From: Isurus oxyrinchus | Lineage: Eukaryota | Length of the DNA stretch: 64,000 nucleotides | Direction of reading: 5' to 3' | Assembly (NCBI GenBank): GCA_026770705.1 | Contig: JANJGN010000034.1 | Span: 3,658,001 to 3,722,000, forward strand | In this document: in pieces, positions 63,966 to 64,000 of the stretch | Numbering within the stretch: the first letter of the stretch is position 1 | Layout of the letters: every line of letters begins with the position of its first letter | Made by a program: the position numbers and the translations under genes | The notes under the pieces: model-generated | What the model was told of the DNA's origin: nothing | The model's input: the letters and a program-made list of their open reading frames with translations, nothing else | Databases searched by the model: none

Positions 63966-64000
63966 ATGTTAACACAACAGAGAATACTTTGTTATAGGAC

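Noticed and set aside
1-64000. CRISPR array, rRNA, genuine tRNA genes, Ig/TCR J segments
   Set aside because: No spacer-repeat array; A/B boxes belong to SINE or LINE heads; the short donor-flanked segments have splice acceptors rather than RSS and lack FGxG/WGxG.

Overview
Eukaryotic, AT-rich, repeat-laden DNA with two N gaps. The repeat families (Penelope elements with hammerhead-type termini, CR1-group LINEs, a tRNA-headed SINE) suggest a cartilaginous fish, probably a shark; this is inferred from repeat recognition. Almost all listed ORFs are spurious or transposon-derived. The main signal is invisible to the ORF track: a minus-strand array of over 20 tiny symmetric phase-1 exons with canonical AG/GT ends, mostly alternating 36 nt and 27 nt. 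They lie in two clusters (about 50.4-64 kb and 5.3-31.7 kb). Each 36+27 pair encodes 21 aa, exactly three heptads, e.g. EIAKCQGSLQEL-ENRLQAKDK-DYAKCLETLKEL-EAKLKVKDK, a predicted coiled coil with a Cys at every third heptad d position. The array grew by tandem and higher-order duplication and contains dead or eroded exons. No start, TM, Ig, lectin or B30.2 exon was found, so the gene cannot be named. Also present: two TSD-flanked Penelope insertions (one young with an intact RT-thumb/GIY-YIG frame), minimal hammerhead motifs, inverted Penelope mini-elements, and a LINE whose 5' end appears to be the SINE's tRNA-like head. Exon coordinates were counted by hand; old repeat boundaries are approximate.
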